This document shows, piece by piece, positions 30,487 to 40,707 of a DNA stretch of 64,000 nt (positions within the stretch are counted from its first letter, which is position 1; every line of letters begins with the position of its first letter). The translations under genes and the position numbers were made by a program. The stretch covers positions 1,248,001 to 1,312,000 of the forward strand of contig NZ_CP186926.1 in assembly GCF_049554935.1 (NCBI RefSeq). The letters are read 5' to 3'. This DNA is from Methanocaldococcus indicus (GTDB lineage: Archaea; AGJL01; Methanococci; Methanococcales; Methanocaldococcaceae). The notes below the pieces were generated by a model. It ran no database searches and was not told the origin of the DNA. It saw only the letters and a list, made by a program, of their open reading frames with translations.

Positions 30487-32461
30487 AGAATTTAAAGATT
30501 TTATTATAAATTATCTAAAAAATAAGTATTTGGAGGATATTATAAAGGAAAATGATATTGTAATGATTGATTTAAATGATATGTATAATTTTGGATTTAT
30601 GGAAGTTGTGGAAGAAATTATATACAATCCTGAATATGTGAAGTTATTAAAAGAATATTTTAAAGAGGCAATATACCTAACAAAAGGATACTATCCTGAG
30701 AATATATATATTGGTGTAAAAAATCTCCCAAAAATTTTTAAAACAATTAAAAATAGAGAGTTTAGGATTGAAGATATTAAGAGTAGATATGTTAGTAGAT
30801 TAATAGAATTTGAGGGAATAATAACTACTGCCACTAAAATAAAGCCAATATTAAAGACAGGTTTTTTTATATGTGAGAAATGTGGTAAAACATTTTATGA
30901 AGATATTGATTTATTTAGTGAGAAAAAAGTTATATGTTGTGGAGAGGAAGCTAAATTAATTGAAGAAAAATCTATTTTTGTAGATTTTCAAGAGCTAAAA
31001 ATTCAGCAGCCATTAGATTTGATGGATAATCCTGATGAGCCACCAAAATTTATAACTGTATTCTTAGAAGATAGTCCTGGAATTTATGCAGGAAGATTAA
31101 AAATTGTTGGTGTCCCAATAAAAGTAAAGAAAAGTAAAAAATTACCTATTTATGAAATATATATAAAAGCTTATGGTTATGAGTTATTGGAAGGAGAAAT
31201 AAAAATAAAACTTAAAGATAAAGATATAGAAAATATAAAAAAACTTTCAAAAAGGAAGGATATTATTGATATTTTATCAGATAGATTAATTCCAGAGATT
31301 AAAGGACATTCTGCTATAAAAAAAGCTGTTTTCTTACAACAAATTAAAGGTGTAAAGAAGCCTGGAAAAAGAGCAGATATACATATTTTATTAATAACTG
31401 ACCCAGGAATTGGAAAGACAGTTATTTTAAGAAAAATAGCTGAAATTCCAGGAAACATTTATGGTTCTGTTACTACTGCAACAGGAGTGGGATTAACTGC
31501 TGCTGTTGTGAAAGAGAGGACTGAATTAGGAGAAGATATGTGGGTAGTAAAACCTGGATTGTTGGTTAAAGCAAATAAAGGAACAGCATGTATTGATGAA
31601 CTAACTGTCAATAAAGACATTCAAAGTTATGTTTTAGAGGCTATGGAGAGTCAAACAATTCATATAAGCAAAGGAGGAATTAATGCAAAACTTCCAGCAG
31701 AATGTGCAATTTTAGCTGCATGTAATCCAAAATGGGGTAGATTTGACCCAGAAAAGAGTGTTGCCGAGCAGATAAATATACCAGCACCTCTATTAAGTAG
31801 GTTTGATTTAATTTTTCCTATAAAGGATGAGTCAGATAAAGATAAAGATAAAAAAATAGCAGAGTATATTGTAGATTTGCATAGAGCATATTTAGATGAA
31901 GTAATCAATAGAAAGATAGGTTTAGATTATATAGAAGTGGATGGAGTAAAAGTAGATAAAGATTTTATTATAAAATATATTTTCTATGCAAGAGAAAAAA
32001 ATCCAATTATTGGTGAGGAAGCAAAAAATTTATTAATTAAGTATTATTTAGAAATGAGAGAAAAACATCAAATAACAGCAAGACAATTAGAAGCAGCTAT
32101 TAGGTTAGCTGAAGCTCATGCAAAGGCAAAATTAAAAGATATTGTTGAGGAAGAAGATGCAAGAGAAGCAATAAAGATTATAACAGAATGTTTAAGAGAA
32201 ATTGCTTATGACCCAGAAACAGGAATGTTTGATGTTGATAAAATACTTGGAGTGTCTAAGAAAGAAAGAGATAAGTTAATGATAGTCTATGATATAATTA
32301 AAGAATTAAATGAGAAATTTGAAATGGTTGAGTTTGAAGATATTGCTCAATTAGCTGAAAAAAAAGGTTTAGATAGAGTAGAAGTTGAAAACATTATTAA
32401 AAAATTAATAAAGTATGGAGATATTGATGAACCAAAACCTGGAAGATATAGAATATTATAA
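30473..32461 (+). CDS. mcm: Replicative helicase MCM (no intein)
   Basis: Zn finger, DPGIGKT Walker A, ACIDE, AMESQTI, SRFD arginine finger, TARQLEA. Confidence 0.95.
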   Translation: MAKIEEFKDFIINYLKNKYLEDIIKENDIVMIDLNDMYNFGFMEVVEEIIYNPEYVKLLKEYFKEAIYLTKGYYPENIYIGVKNLPKIFKTIKNREFRIEDIKSRYVSRLIEFEGIITTATKIKPILKTGFFICEKCGKTFYEDIDLFSEKKVICCGEEAKLIEEKSIFVDFQELKIQQPLDLMDNPDEPPKFITVFLEDSPGIYAGRLKIVGVPIKVKKSKKLPIYEIYIKAYGYELLEGEIKIKLKDKDIENIKKLSKRKDIIDILSDRLIPEIKGHSAIKKAVFLQQIKGVKKPGKRADIHILLITDPGIGKTVILRKIAEIPGNIYGSVTTATGVGLTAAVVKERTELGEDMWVVKPGLLVKANKGTACIDELTVNKDIQSYVLEAMESQTIHISKGGINAKLPAECAILAACNPKWGRFDPEKSVAEQINIPAPLLSRFDLIFPIKDESDKDKDKKIAEYIVDLHRAYLDEVINRKIGLDYIEVDGVKVDKDFIIKYIFYAREKNPIIGEEAKNLLIKYYLEMREKHQITARQLEAAIRLAEAHAKAKLKDIVEEEDAREAIKIITECLREIAYDPETGMFDVDKILGVSKKERDKLMIVYDIIKELNEKFEMVEFEDIAQLAEKKGLDRVEVENIIKKLIKYGDIDEPKPGRYRIL

Positions 32462-32473
32462 GAGGAGATAAGA

Positions 32474-32908
32474 ATGAAAGTGTATATAAAAACAAAAGTT
32501 AAACCAACTGAAAATAAAAATAAAGTTATTAAAGCTGTTAAAAATATCTTTCCTAATATAAAATTAGAGGGTAAAAAAGAAGAAGAGTTAATAATTTTAG
32601 AAGGAGAAACATCAAACTTGAACAAATTTAAAGAAATGATTAGGAGGCAGGCAATTTTAGATACTGCAAGAATGATATTAGAAGAGAATTTAAGAGGTAA
32701 TTCAACTACCTTCTATTTGAATAAACAAGCTGCTTATGTTAATAATATTAATTTTGATATAGATACACATGGAGGTATCTTTGTTAAAATTGTTGCTGAT
32801 GAGAATGAAGATATTAAAAAGATAATTAAGGATATTGCTCCAAGAACTAAGCATGGTAAAATTATAGTTGAAGAAGATGAGGAAGAAGGTGAAATTTTTG
32901 AACAATAA
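32474..32908 (+). CDS. UPF0201/DUF54 putative RNA-binding protein
   Basis: VKPTENKNKVIKAVKNIFP, QAILDTAR, LNKQAAY, APRT. Confidence 0.85.
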   Translation: MKVYIKTKVKPTENKNKVIKAVKNIFPNIKLEGKKEEELIILEGETSNLNKFKEMIRRQAILDTARMILEENLRGNSTTFYLNKQAAYVNNINFDIDTHGGIFVKIVADENEDIKKIIKDIAPRTKHGKIIVEEDEEEGEIFEQ

Positions 32909-34385
32909 TGATGTTATTGGATATGTATTTGGTGAGACAAGAGTTGATGAACTATCTTTCTTAGCAAAAAAACCTCCAAAAGTAGGAGATTATGTTATTA
33001 TAAATTATAATGACAACAAAATTTTAGGAATGGTTGAGAGCACAATACTGGGAAGTAGAGCTTTGGATGGAGTATCTGATGTAGAGTACTTAGAAAAAAT
33101 AAAAGATTTTGTAAATGACACATACTATATAAAAGGAAAAATAAAAGTTCTTGGAGATATTGAAAATTTAAAATTACCAAGAATTCCTCCAGAGCCAGGA
33201 ACCCCTATATACTTAGCTGATAAAGAAACATTAAAGAGAGTTTTTGGTAATGGTCATATAAAAATTGGCCATTTAATAACAAGGGAAGATATTGAGGTTA
33301 AATTAGATGTCAATAAATTATGTTCAAGACATTTGGCTATATTAGCTATGACTGGAATGGGAAAGTCAAATACTGTCTCAATACTATTAAAAGAACTTTC
33401 AAAATTAAGAGCTACAATTTTAGTTTTTGACATGCATGGAGAATATGTAAATATAAAGTGTAATTCTCAAAAAATTCCAATAAATATAATTCATCCAAAA
33501 ATTAATGTTTATGAAATTGATGATGAAAGATTTTGTGACTTAGCTGGAATAGATAGGCAAGCAACTAAACAAAGACCTTATGTGCAAAAAGCTATCCATG
33601 AAGTTAAAAATAATAAAAAACAAAGTGATTTTGCAAATGTTGAAGAGTATTTAGATGAAATAATAAGTGTTTTAGAGAGATATTTAGATGAAAATGAAAA
33701 GGATAAGAGTAGTATTCAAACGGCTATATTCAGAATTGAGCATATGAAACACTTTAAGAAGAAAATACTTACAATAAACTATAATCCTGTTAAAGATATT
33801 AAAGAGCATCATGTTAATATCTTACCATTAGAATCTTTGGATGAGTATGAGGTGGATGTTGTTGTATCTTATCTATCTAAATCTATATTGGATAGTAGAA
33901 AAGAGTTAATTATTGAAAATAGGGAACTTGCAAAGCCAATATTTTTAATATTTGAAGAAGCTCATTTAATAGTTCCAAAGAATAGAGATACAGAAGCAAA
34001 AAGATATTTGGGAAGGATAGCAAGAGAAGGTAGAAAATTTGGAGTTGGATTATGTTTAGTTAGCCAAAGACCAAAAGGATTAGATGCTGATGTTCTTTCC
34101 CAATGCTCCAATTTAATAATCTCTAAGTTAATAGAACCATCTGACCAAAAACATGTCCAAGCAGCTTCAGAAGCTTTAAGTGATGATTTAATGAAACAAT
34201 TAACAAGTTTAAATATTGGAGAAGCTATTATTTTAGGGCCATGTGTTAAAGTCCCAGCTTTGGTAAAGATTGATGAATTTGATGGAGAAAGGGGAGGAGA
34301 AGATTTAGATTTAGTTAAATTATGGAGTAGAGAAGAGGAAAAAAAGGATTTTGATGATAATATTTTTGGTGATGATGACTTTTAA
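32898..34385 (+). CDS. herA: HerA-family ATPase/helicase (HAS barrel)
   Basis: [36 protein letters not shown]; TTG 32898 after GGTGA. Confidence 0.88.
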   Translation: MNNNDVIGYVFGETRVDELSFLAKKPPKVGDYVIINYNDNKILGMVESTILGSRALDGVSDVEYLEKIKDFVNDTYYIKGKIKVLGDIENLKLPRIPPEPGTPIYLADKETLKRVFGNGHIKIGHLITREDIEVKLDVNKLCSRHLAILAMTGMGKSNTVSILLKELSKLRATILVFDMHGEYVNIKCNSQKIPINIIHPKINVYEIDDERFCDLAGIDRQATKQRPYVQKAIHEVKNNKKQSDFANVEEYLDEIISVLERYLDENEKDKSSIQTAIFRIEHMKHFKKKILTINYNPVKDIKEHHVNILPLESLDEYEVDVVVSYLSKSILDSRKELIIENRELAKPIFLIFEEAHLIVPKNRDTEAKRYLGRIAREGRKFGVGLCLVSQRPKGLDADVLSQCSNLIISKLIEPSDQKHVQAASEALSDDLMKQLTSLNIGEAIILGPCVKVPALVKIDEFDGERGGEDLDLVKLWSREEEKKDFDDNIFGDDDF

Positions 34386-35479
34386 TCATTTCTTAGGGCT
34401 TTTATTGGTTCTACTTTTGTAGCTTTATAAGCAGGATATAGAGAGGATAATAAAGATGTTAAAACTCCAAAGATGATTCCTATAATAATATATAATATTG
34501 AGGATAATGGTAAAGAAACTTTTAATAAATAAACTGAGACAAAATAACTTATTATTAAGCTGATAATAACACCAACAACAGAGCCAATAAACCCTAAAAT
34601 ACCTGCTTCTAATAAAAATAATATTAAAATATCTAACTTTGATGCTCCTATACTTCTCATAATTCCTATTTCTTTTGTTCTCTCAATTACACTCATTAAC
34701 ATAACATTTCCTATCCCTATTCCAGCAACTAATAAAGAAATAGCTCCAATGGCAATAATAAAATAAGATATCTTAGATATTGCCTCTTTAATATTTTCAA
34801 CTATATTTTTTAATGATATAATTATAGCTTTCTTTTTTCTTTTATTTAAAATACTATCTATCTCTTTTTCAACTTCTTCCATCTTATTTATATCTTTAAC
34901 ATATACAACAATTCTTGTATATCCTTTTGGATTATACAATCTTTTGTATGTCTTTTCTGTTAATACTATTGAATTTTGAGGAACAATAAAAGAACTGTTG
35001 AATATTCCAGATACTCTAAATTTTATATCTCTAATTTTTATAATATCATCTTTTTTAATATCCCCTATTTCTGATAAATAGTTATCAACAGCTAAAGTTG
35101 TGTCTGAAATTCTTACATTCAAATTTGTATATTTTATATCATTCTTATTTATTCCAAATACTCTAACAGATAAATATCTATTCTTCCCAACTAAATAGAT
35201 ATTGTCATATCTTTCATACATTGGAATTACAACTCCATTTATACCTCTAAGTTTTAGTAAATCAGATTTATCAAAATATTCATAGCCAGATACAAAATTA
35301 GGAAATATTATTATGTAGTTTGCTACATTACCCAAGTTGTTATTAACAGCTGTTTTTACACTTTCTCCTAAAATTCCTAATGTTGTTATAGCAGCTACTC
35401 CAATAACTATACCTAACAAAGCTAAAATACTTCTTAATAAATGTCTTTTTAAATTTCTCTTAGCTAATTCTATATACAT
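34382..35479 (-). CDS. MacB/FtsX-type ABC exporter permease
   Basis: [45 protein letters not shown]. Confidence 0.92.
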   Translation of the reverse strand: MYIELAKRNLKRHLLRSILALLGIVIGVAAITTLGILGESVKTAVNNNLGNVANYIIIFPNFVSGYEYFDKSDLLKLRGINGVVIPMYERYDNIYLVGKNRYLSVRVFGINKNDIKYTNLNVRISDTTLAVDNYLSEIGDIKKDDIIKIRDIKFRVSGIFNSSFIVPQNSIVLTEKTYKRLYNPKGYTRIVVYVKDINKMEEVEKEIDSILNKRKKKAIIISLKNIVENIKEAISKISYFIIAIGAISLLVAGIGIGNVMLMSVIERTKEIGIMRSIGASKLDILILFLLEAGILGFIGSVVGVIISLIISYFVSVYLLKVSLPLSSILYIIIGIIFGVLTSLLSSLYPAYKATKVEPIKALRND

Positions 35480-35483
35480 AAAC

Positions 35484-36173
35484 TCACTTTAAATATTCTT
35501 CTTTTTCAATTTCTCCATCTTTTAAATAAATTATCCTATCTCCAAATTTGGCAACATTTATGTCATGAGTCACAACAACAATAGTTTTTCCACTTTCATT
35601 TAATTTTTTTAATAATTTCATTATTTTTTCTCCTGTTTTGCTATCTAATGCCCCAGTTGGTTCATCTGCCAAGATAATTGGTGGATTGTTTGCTAATGCC
35701 CTTGCTATTGCTACTCTTTGCTGTTGCCCTCCACTTAGTTGATTTGGTCTATGGTTAGCAAATCTCTCATCTAACTCAGCCATTTTTAAACATTCTAATG
35801 CTCTCTTTTTTCTTTCTTCTTTACTCATTGAATTTCTATATTTAAATATTAAAGGAAGCTCAACATTTTCCAATGCAGTTAATACAGGAATTAAATTGAA
35901 CTGTTGAAAGACAAAACCAATTTTATCCCTCCTAATTTTTGTTAATTCATCATCATCCAATTTATTTATCAGTATATTATCAATATAAACCTCTCCTTCA
36001 GTTGGTTTGTCCAAACATCCAATTATATTTAACATTGTTGATTTCCCACTACCAGAAGGACCCATAATTGAGACAAATTCCCCTTTTTTTATTTTTAGAT
36101 TTACATTTTTTAGAGCATAAATAGTTTCTTCTCCCATTTTATAAGTTTTTGTTACATTTTTGAGTTCTATCAT
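35484..36173 (-). CDS. LolD/MacB-type ABC ATPase (MJ0796-like)
   Basis: [34 protein letters not shown]. Confidence 0.95.
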   Translation of the reverse strand: MIELKNVTKTYKMGEETIYALKNVNLKIKKGEFVSIMGPSGSGKSTMLNIIGCLDKPTEGEVYIDNILINKLDDDELTKIRRDKIGFVFQQFNLIPVLTALENVELPLIFKYRNSMSKEERKKRALECLKMAELDERFANHRPNQLSGGQQQRVAIARALANNPPIILADEPTGALDSKTGEKIMKLLKKLNESGKTIVVVTHDINVAKFGDRIIYLKDGEIEKEEYLK

Positions 36174-36174
36174 T

Positions 36175-37671
36175 TTATAACATCCTTCTAAATCCTTTGT
36201 AAATTAAAAATAAAACTCCTAATAGAAAGAGAATACCAAAACCAATTAATAGGTAATTATTGTTTTCTTTATTGTTTTGATTGGTAGTATTCAAATTCTG
36301 TATTTTTATTGTTCTATAAATTGTTATTAAGTTGTTGTTTTCATCTCTATAAGTTATTTTAATTGGAATTTCACTTACATTTTCATCAATTTGGCAGTGA
36401 AGTTCAAAACTTGCATAGTCATCAGGATTTAAAGTTCCTACAAAGTAGCTCTCATAAGGTCTAAGAGGTTTAATATCTTTATTTTCTTCAATTGATAAAA
36501 GAACAGATTTAGCTACTCCACTACCTATGTTGTCTATATCCCCTGTTATTTTGATATAACCATTATTCTCTACATCTAACTGACTAAATACTAAATCTGC
36601 CTTTCCAACAACATTAACTAAGAATGTTTTTTTAATATCTAACTTATCAGCATATATCTCTAAGTTTAGTGGATATATTCCAACTTTATCAAATTTAACT
36701 AAGAAATTGACTTTTTTGGTAGTCCCTTTCTTAATGTAAATATATTTTTCATTATTACCAATAGAATTATTTAGTTTTAAAATAAATAATGCATCTTTGT
36801 AGTTATTTTTAATTAAAAAAGAGATATTTTCCAATTTACCAACAGTTAAACTTGAATTTTCTAAATTAACAATAATTGCTGATTGAGGATAGATATAGAA
36901 GTTTATTGTTCCCTCCTCTGTCTCAGATTTTAGGTTTTTATATGTTAAAGTTTCAGATTTAGAGTCATAAGAGATTGTCTCAGACTTTTGAGTTAGCTCT
37001 AATAGATTGTATGGATTTGTATATGAAATTTTATATTTTAATATACCTACTCCATTAGTTTTTGCATATACATCTAAATATATACATTTTGAGAATCCAG
37101 GGGTTAGAGAGGATATGTAAAAAGAACTTTGTCCTAAGATATCTAAGTTATCTCCATAAAAATCTATTTTTATATCATTTGCTGTTCCTGTTCCTGAATT
37201 TGTTACTAATAAAGTAATTTTGTTATTTCCTACTTTCAATGTGTTTGTTAATGGCTCTATGGTTAAGTATGATTTTCCTCTTACTGGAAGAGTAAAAACT
37301 CTATTTTCTTTATATACCTTATCTTTATAGTTATATTCACAATAAACAACTACTTTATAATCATAGCTAAAAGCTGATGGCTTAATTTTTATAATAAAGT
37401 GTCCTACTCCAACATCTCCTGGAAACAACTTTCCTATCCATGCTCTATCTTTAATAAACTCAATATTTTCCTTTGTTATGTTATTAAAAGGTTTCAAATA
37501 TAGAATTGTATTATTTATTTCTTTATCAGTTTCTATAACAACATACACATCATATGTTTTTCCTGGCTCTAAATATTCTGCTTTATAGTCAAAGCTCTTA
37601 AATGTTATATAAGAATAGGAAAAGCTCAACATTAAAAACATTAAAATTATTAAGATAACTTTTCTTATCAT
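36175..37671 (-). CDS. COG1361 S-layer-domain protein
   Basis: Signal peptide, NSGTGTA and NIGSGVAKS repeats, YFVGTLNPDDY, C-terminal TM anchor. Confidence 0.85.
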   Translation of the reverse strand: MIRKVILIILMFLMLSFSYSYITFKSFDYKAEYLEPGKTYDVYVVIETDKEINNTILYLKPFNNITKENIEFIKDRAWIGKLFPGDVGVGHFIIKIKPSAFSYDYKVVVYCEYNYKDKVYKENRVFTLPVRGKSYLTIEPLTNTLKVGNNKITLLVTNSGTGTANDIKIDFYGDNLDILGQSSFYISSLTPGFSKCIYLDVYAKTNGVGILKYKISYTNPYNLLELTQKSETISYDSKSETLTYKNLKSETEEGTINFYIYPQSAIIVNLENSSLTVGKLENISFLIKNNYKDALFILKLNNSIGNNEKYIYIKKGTTKKVNFLVKFDKVGIYPLNLEIYADKLDIKKTFLVNVVGKADLVFSQLDVENNGYIKITGDIDNIGSGVAKSVLLSIEENKDIKPLRPYESYFVGTLNPDDYASFELHCQIDENVSEIPIKITYRDENNNLITIYRTIKIQNLNTTNQNNKENNNYLLIGFGILFLLGVLFLIYKGFRRML

Positions 37672-37674
37672 GGT

Positions 37675-38334
37675 TTAACCAAATATTAGTTTTATTATGT
37701 TATATAGTTGATACAAACCAAATATGATAGTTGGTATCAATGCAGTTATAAAAGCTTTTTTGATATCTAAGTTTCTTGCATATTTTATTGCAAATGTCCA
37801 AATATAAAGGTTCCATAAAGTTACACCAATTCCCACAAATAAGTTAAAATAAACTAAACTTTTAGGAATTATACTTTTTACAACTTTTTGGACAATTATT
37901 GGATTTTGTAGTTGTTCTATAGATAATGGTTGAACATGGATATGTGAGAGATAATAGTAAGCAATAGGAATTGTTATTAATGCTCCAATTATATTTGGGA
38001 GGAATCCATAACCAACAAAAGATAAAGTTTTTTTAAATTTTCCTTTTCCTTTAAATGCAATTGAAATAAGATGCATAATTCCAGCTATAATTATCCAGGA
38101 AATAAGTCCTCCAATAAATGTTGATATTAAACTAATAACTTTTATGAAAGACATAATCTGTTGATACTGAGGAGGGAAGATTTTAAACATTACTGAAGTT
38201 GATATATAGGTAGAGATTGATATTAGTATAGAAAAAACTAAAACAATCAAAAATGGCTCTTTTAGAGAAATTTCTTTTTGAGAAAGTTTTTTAAAGAATG
38301 TATCCGGATTTATTAAAACTTCAATTATATTCAT
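37675..38334 (-). CDS. Yip1-domain membrane protein
   Basis: VLINPDTFF, GKGKFKKTLSFVGYGFLP, five TM segments. Confidence 0.85.
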   Translation of the reverse strand: MNIIEVLINPDTFFKKLSQKEISLKEPFLIVLVFSILISISTYISTSVMFKIFPPQYQQIMSFIKVISLISTFIGGLISWIIIAGIMHLISIAFKGKGKFKKTLSFVGYGFLPNIIGALITIPIAYYYLSHIHVQPLSIEQLQNPIIVQKVVKSIIPKSLVYFNLFVGIGVTLWNLYIWTFAIKYARNLDIKKAFITALIPTIIFGLYQLYNIIKLIFG

Positions 38335-38389
38335 TAATATCCCTCATTATATTTTTTAATTAGTTTTATTGTTTATTGTATTTAAATCT

Positions 38390-38926
38390 TTATGTTAGTA
38401 TATAATTTGCTATTTTAGGAGTAATATAAACTTCTACAAAAGCAGCTATAACTATTAGAATTATTGAAATTAAAGATAATTTTAGGAACTCTTTTATATC
38501 CTCATTAGTTATTGGTTTTTCTTTTTTATCTAATAAATAAAGAGTTACTTCATAAGGAATTTTAAAGCCAGCTATTGCTGATATTAATATAGCTGGAATT
38601 TCGAATATACCGTGCGGTAGAGTAGTGACTAAAACAAAAAACCAGTTTTCTAATAAAGCTAATGCCTTAAATTGAATCGCTAATGCAAATCCATTAACTA
38701 CAAGATTATATATAATAGGAACTAAAAATACTCCTCCCAATATGTTAGTAAATACTACCTTTAGATTATTAAACAAGATTCCAAAAAACGAACACTTTGG
38801 TAGAAAATTAGCAGTAGATAAATCTATTCCACTAAATATATTTAACGGTGTAAAAAGCCCATATATAAATCCAAGTATAAAAATAATTATTGGCAAAATT
38901 TTATATATTTCTATATTCACTTTCAT
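38390..38926 (-). CDS. SpoIIM (DUF95) family membrane protein
   Basis: ILFNNLKV, LPHGIFEIPA, AAFVEVYITP. Confidence 0.9.
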   Translation of the reverse strand: MKVNIEIYKILPIIIFILGFIYGLFTPLNIFSGIDLSTANFLPKCSFFGILFNNLKVVFTNILGGVFLVPIIYNLVVNGFALAIQFKALALLENWFFVLVTTLPHGIFEIPAILISAIAGFKIPYEVTLYLLDKKEKPITNEDIKEFLKLSLISIILIVIAAFVEVYITPKIANYILT

Positions 38927-39393
38927 TATTTTATTCCATGTGATTGATTCCAGTTTTTAAGAATATTTACTCCAAAGGCAAAAACAAAGCCTCCAGCATA
39001 ACTTAATATTAATATAATAAACAAACATTCTAATTGCTGAGAAGTTAAAGGATAAATAATAAGATATTTTATTAATATTGCAGAAAGTAAAATAACTAAT
39101 GGAAATGAAAATAAAAATATCTTAAAAAATTTTTCAAGGTTCTTTTTTTCAAATATGACATACTTTTTAATATTTTTACTTAATAGAATTTTTGACAAAT
39201 AAAATCCAATTAGCATTCCTATTGCAACTAAAACCACTGAAACATTAAAAATATTTTTTAGTAGGGGCATACCATAATTTAAATAAAAGTTAGAAAGTAA
39301 TATTGGAACAATCCAGAAAAATATACCTTCAATCATTAAAAGTAATCCAACAACATTTGGATTATTTATCCATGAGTGTGCAATATTTCTCAT
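38926..39393 (-). CDS. 4-TM membrane protein, putative immunity protein
   Basis: ATG 39393 after GGTGA; four hydrophobic segments; position in SpoIIM locus. Confidence 0.7.
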   Translation of the reverse strand: MRNIAHSWINNPNVVGLLLMIEGIFFWIVPILLSNFYLNYGMPLLKNIFNVSVVLVAIGMLIGFYLSKILLSKNIKKYVIFEKKNLEKFFKIFLFSFPLVILLSAILIKYLIIYPLTSQQLECLFIILILSYAGGFVFAFGVNILKNWNQSHGIK

Positions 39394-39413
39394 AAATATC
39401 ACCAAAAAAAAAA

Positions 39414-39497
39414 TTAAAAATTAAAATAAATTATATTTATATTAACTAAGACCAAAGCTCCGAAAATCTTACATACACCATTCTTCAAAAATTTCAT
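39414..39497 (-). pseudogene. Signal-peptide stump of a probable secreted precursor (MKFLKNGVCKIFGALVLV then AT-rich run-out)
   Basis: GGGTGG RBS, basic n-region plus h-region, then abrupt switch to A/T-only sequence and stop after 27 codons. Confidence 0.5.
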
Positions 39498-39501
39498 ATT
39501 G

Positions 39502-39562
39502 CCACCCTTTATTGGTGGTTGTGCGGTAGGCTCAGCTCCTACATCGAAGCGTCATCGCCAAC
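39502..39562 (-). promoter_or_regulatory. GC-rich structured 5' leader RNA with C/D-like kink-turn hairpin and RBS-sequestering hairpin
   Basis: GGC-GAU-GA-C-GCUUC-loop-GGAGC-UGA-GCC (39559-39529); CCACC/GGUGG stem (39518-39502) covering the RBS. Confidence 0.6.
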
Positions 39563-39744
39563 TATTTTTTAATTTTTTATATTACTTTACTTATCTACTA
39601 CTTCGATTTCCAAATTTTTCATTAAAATAATAATACAAAACCCCTGTATATATTATGATTTTAATCAAATAGTAAAGTATAAAACGTTTCCGATTAGAAT
39701 TTTTAAATAACTAAAAAATAATAAAATGGTTTATAAATGTAAAG

Positions 39745-40058
39745 TTATGTTAGTATATAATTTGCTATTTTAGAAGTAACATAAACTTCTACAAAAGCAG
39801 CTATAACTATTAGAATATAAGAAATTTTAAAGCCAGCTATTGCTGATATTAATATAGCCGGAATTTCGAATATACCGTGCGGAAGGATTAAAGCTAAAAT
39901 TAGTTTTAACGGTTCATTTGTTAAGAATGTAGAACCGATTAAAACTCCAACATTGAAACCGTTAAAAATTAAATTTATAAAAGTAGATAAACCGAAGGTA
40001 ATAGAACCTGCTAACATTAAAAAGATAACTTTTAGGTTATTTGTCAGAATTAAAGATA
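39745..40058 (-). pseudogene. Second SpoIIM-family copy, 5'-truncated, with in-frame internal deletion of ~30 codons
   Basis: SLILTNNLKVIFLMLAG...LPHGIFEIPAILISAIAGFKISYILIVIAAFVEVY; 3' segments nearly identical to 38390-38617. Confidence 0.8.
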
Positions 40059-40155
40059 AAGGTGCTGGACTGAATTTTGATGAAGATAAAAAATAATTTT
40101 TAGTTTTTATGTCATTAATACAACTATTGATTATTTTATAGATAACTGCAAAATT

Positions 40156-40707
40156 ATGATAAATTCAGATATAGAAATAGAATATCGTGGGAATATAATA
40201 AGAAAAAGATACTATGACACAATGGTAAAAATTGAAGGATATATAAAGGATACTAATTTGGATGAATTTATAGATATAATTAATAATCTCTGTTATTCTT
40301 ACCTACTGTTACCATGTGATAATTTTCAAAAAGAATGTGCATCAAGAGATGAACTTTTAAAGAAGTTTAATATAAAAGAACCTGATGATGATTTTATAAA
40401 AAGTATAATTAAAGAGACATTTGAATTTAATGACTTAGCAACAGAAAATCTTAACAAATCACATATTTACAATAATATTGAAGAAATTTTATCTATTTTA
40501 AAACATAATGATGTAATAGAGGATTATAACATTGGTATTGATGTACAAGATAAGTTAATAATTGTAGATATAAAAGTAATATCCAAAAAAGTTTTTGGAA
40601 TATTTAAAAAAGATGTCAATATTGACTCAATTAAAAAGATACTATTAAAAAATCTAAAAAATATGTATCCTAATCTCAATATAGTAATTTCAATAGCTGT
40701 TGATTAA
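40156..40707 (+). CDS. Hypothetical protein, probably 5'-truncated (DUF2226-like SRDELLKKFNIKEPD motif)
   Basis: 183-aa ORF without RBS; frame open upstream to 40090, next to an A6 run. Confidence 0.55.
   Translation: MINSDIEIEYRGNIIRKRYYDTMVKIEGYIKDTNLDEFIDIINNLCYSYLLLPCDNFQKECASRDELLKKFNIKEPDDDFIKSIIKETFEFNDLATENLNKSHIYNNIEEILSILKHNDVIEDYNIGIDVQDKLIIVDIKVISKKVFGIFKKDVNIDSIKKILLKNLKNMYPNLNIVISIAVD

Noticed and set aside
28226-34385. Integrated element at tRNA-Met carrying mcm and herA
   Set aside because: No integrase, no duplicated tRNA 3' end, host-like composition and housekeeping neighbours
39526-39562. Leader RNA as fluoride riboswitch or H/ACA sRNA
   Set aside because: Starts GGCGAUG and ends CCUAC like crcB motifs but lacks the P1 closing CGCC; no lower stem or pseudouridylation pocket for H/ACA
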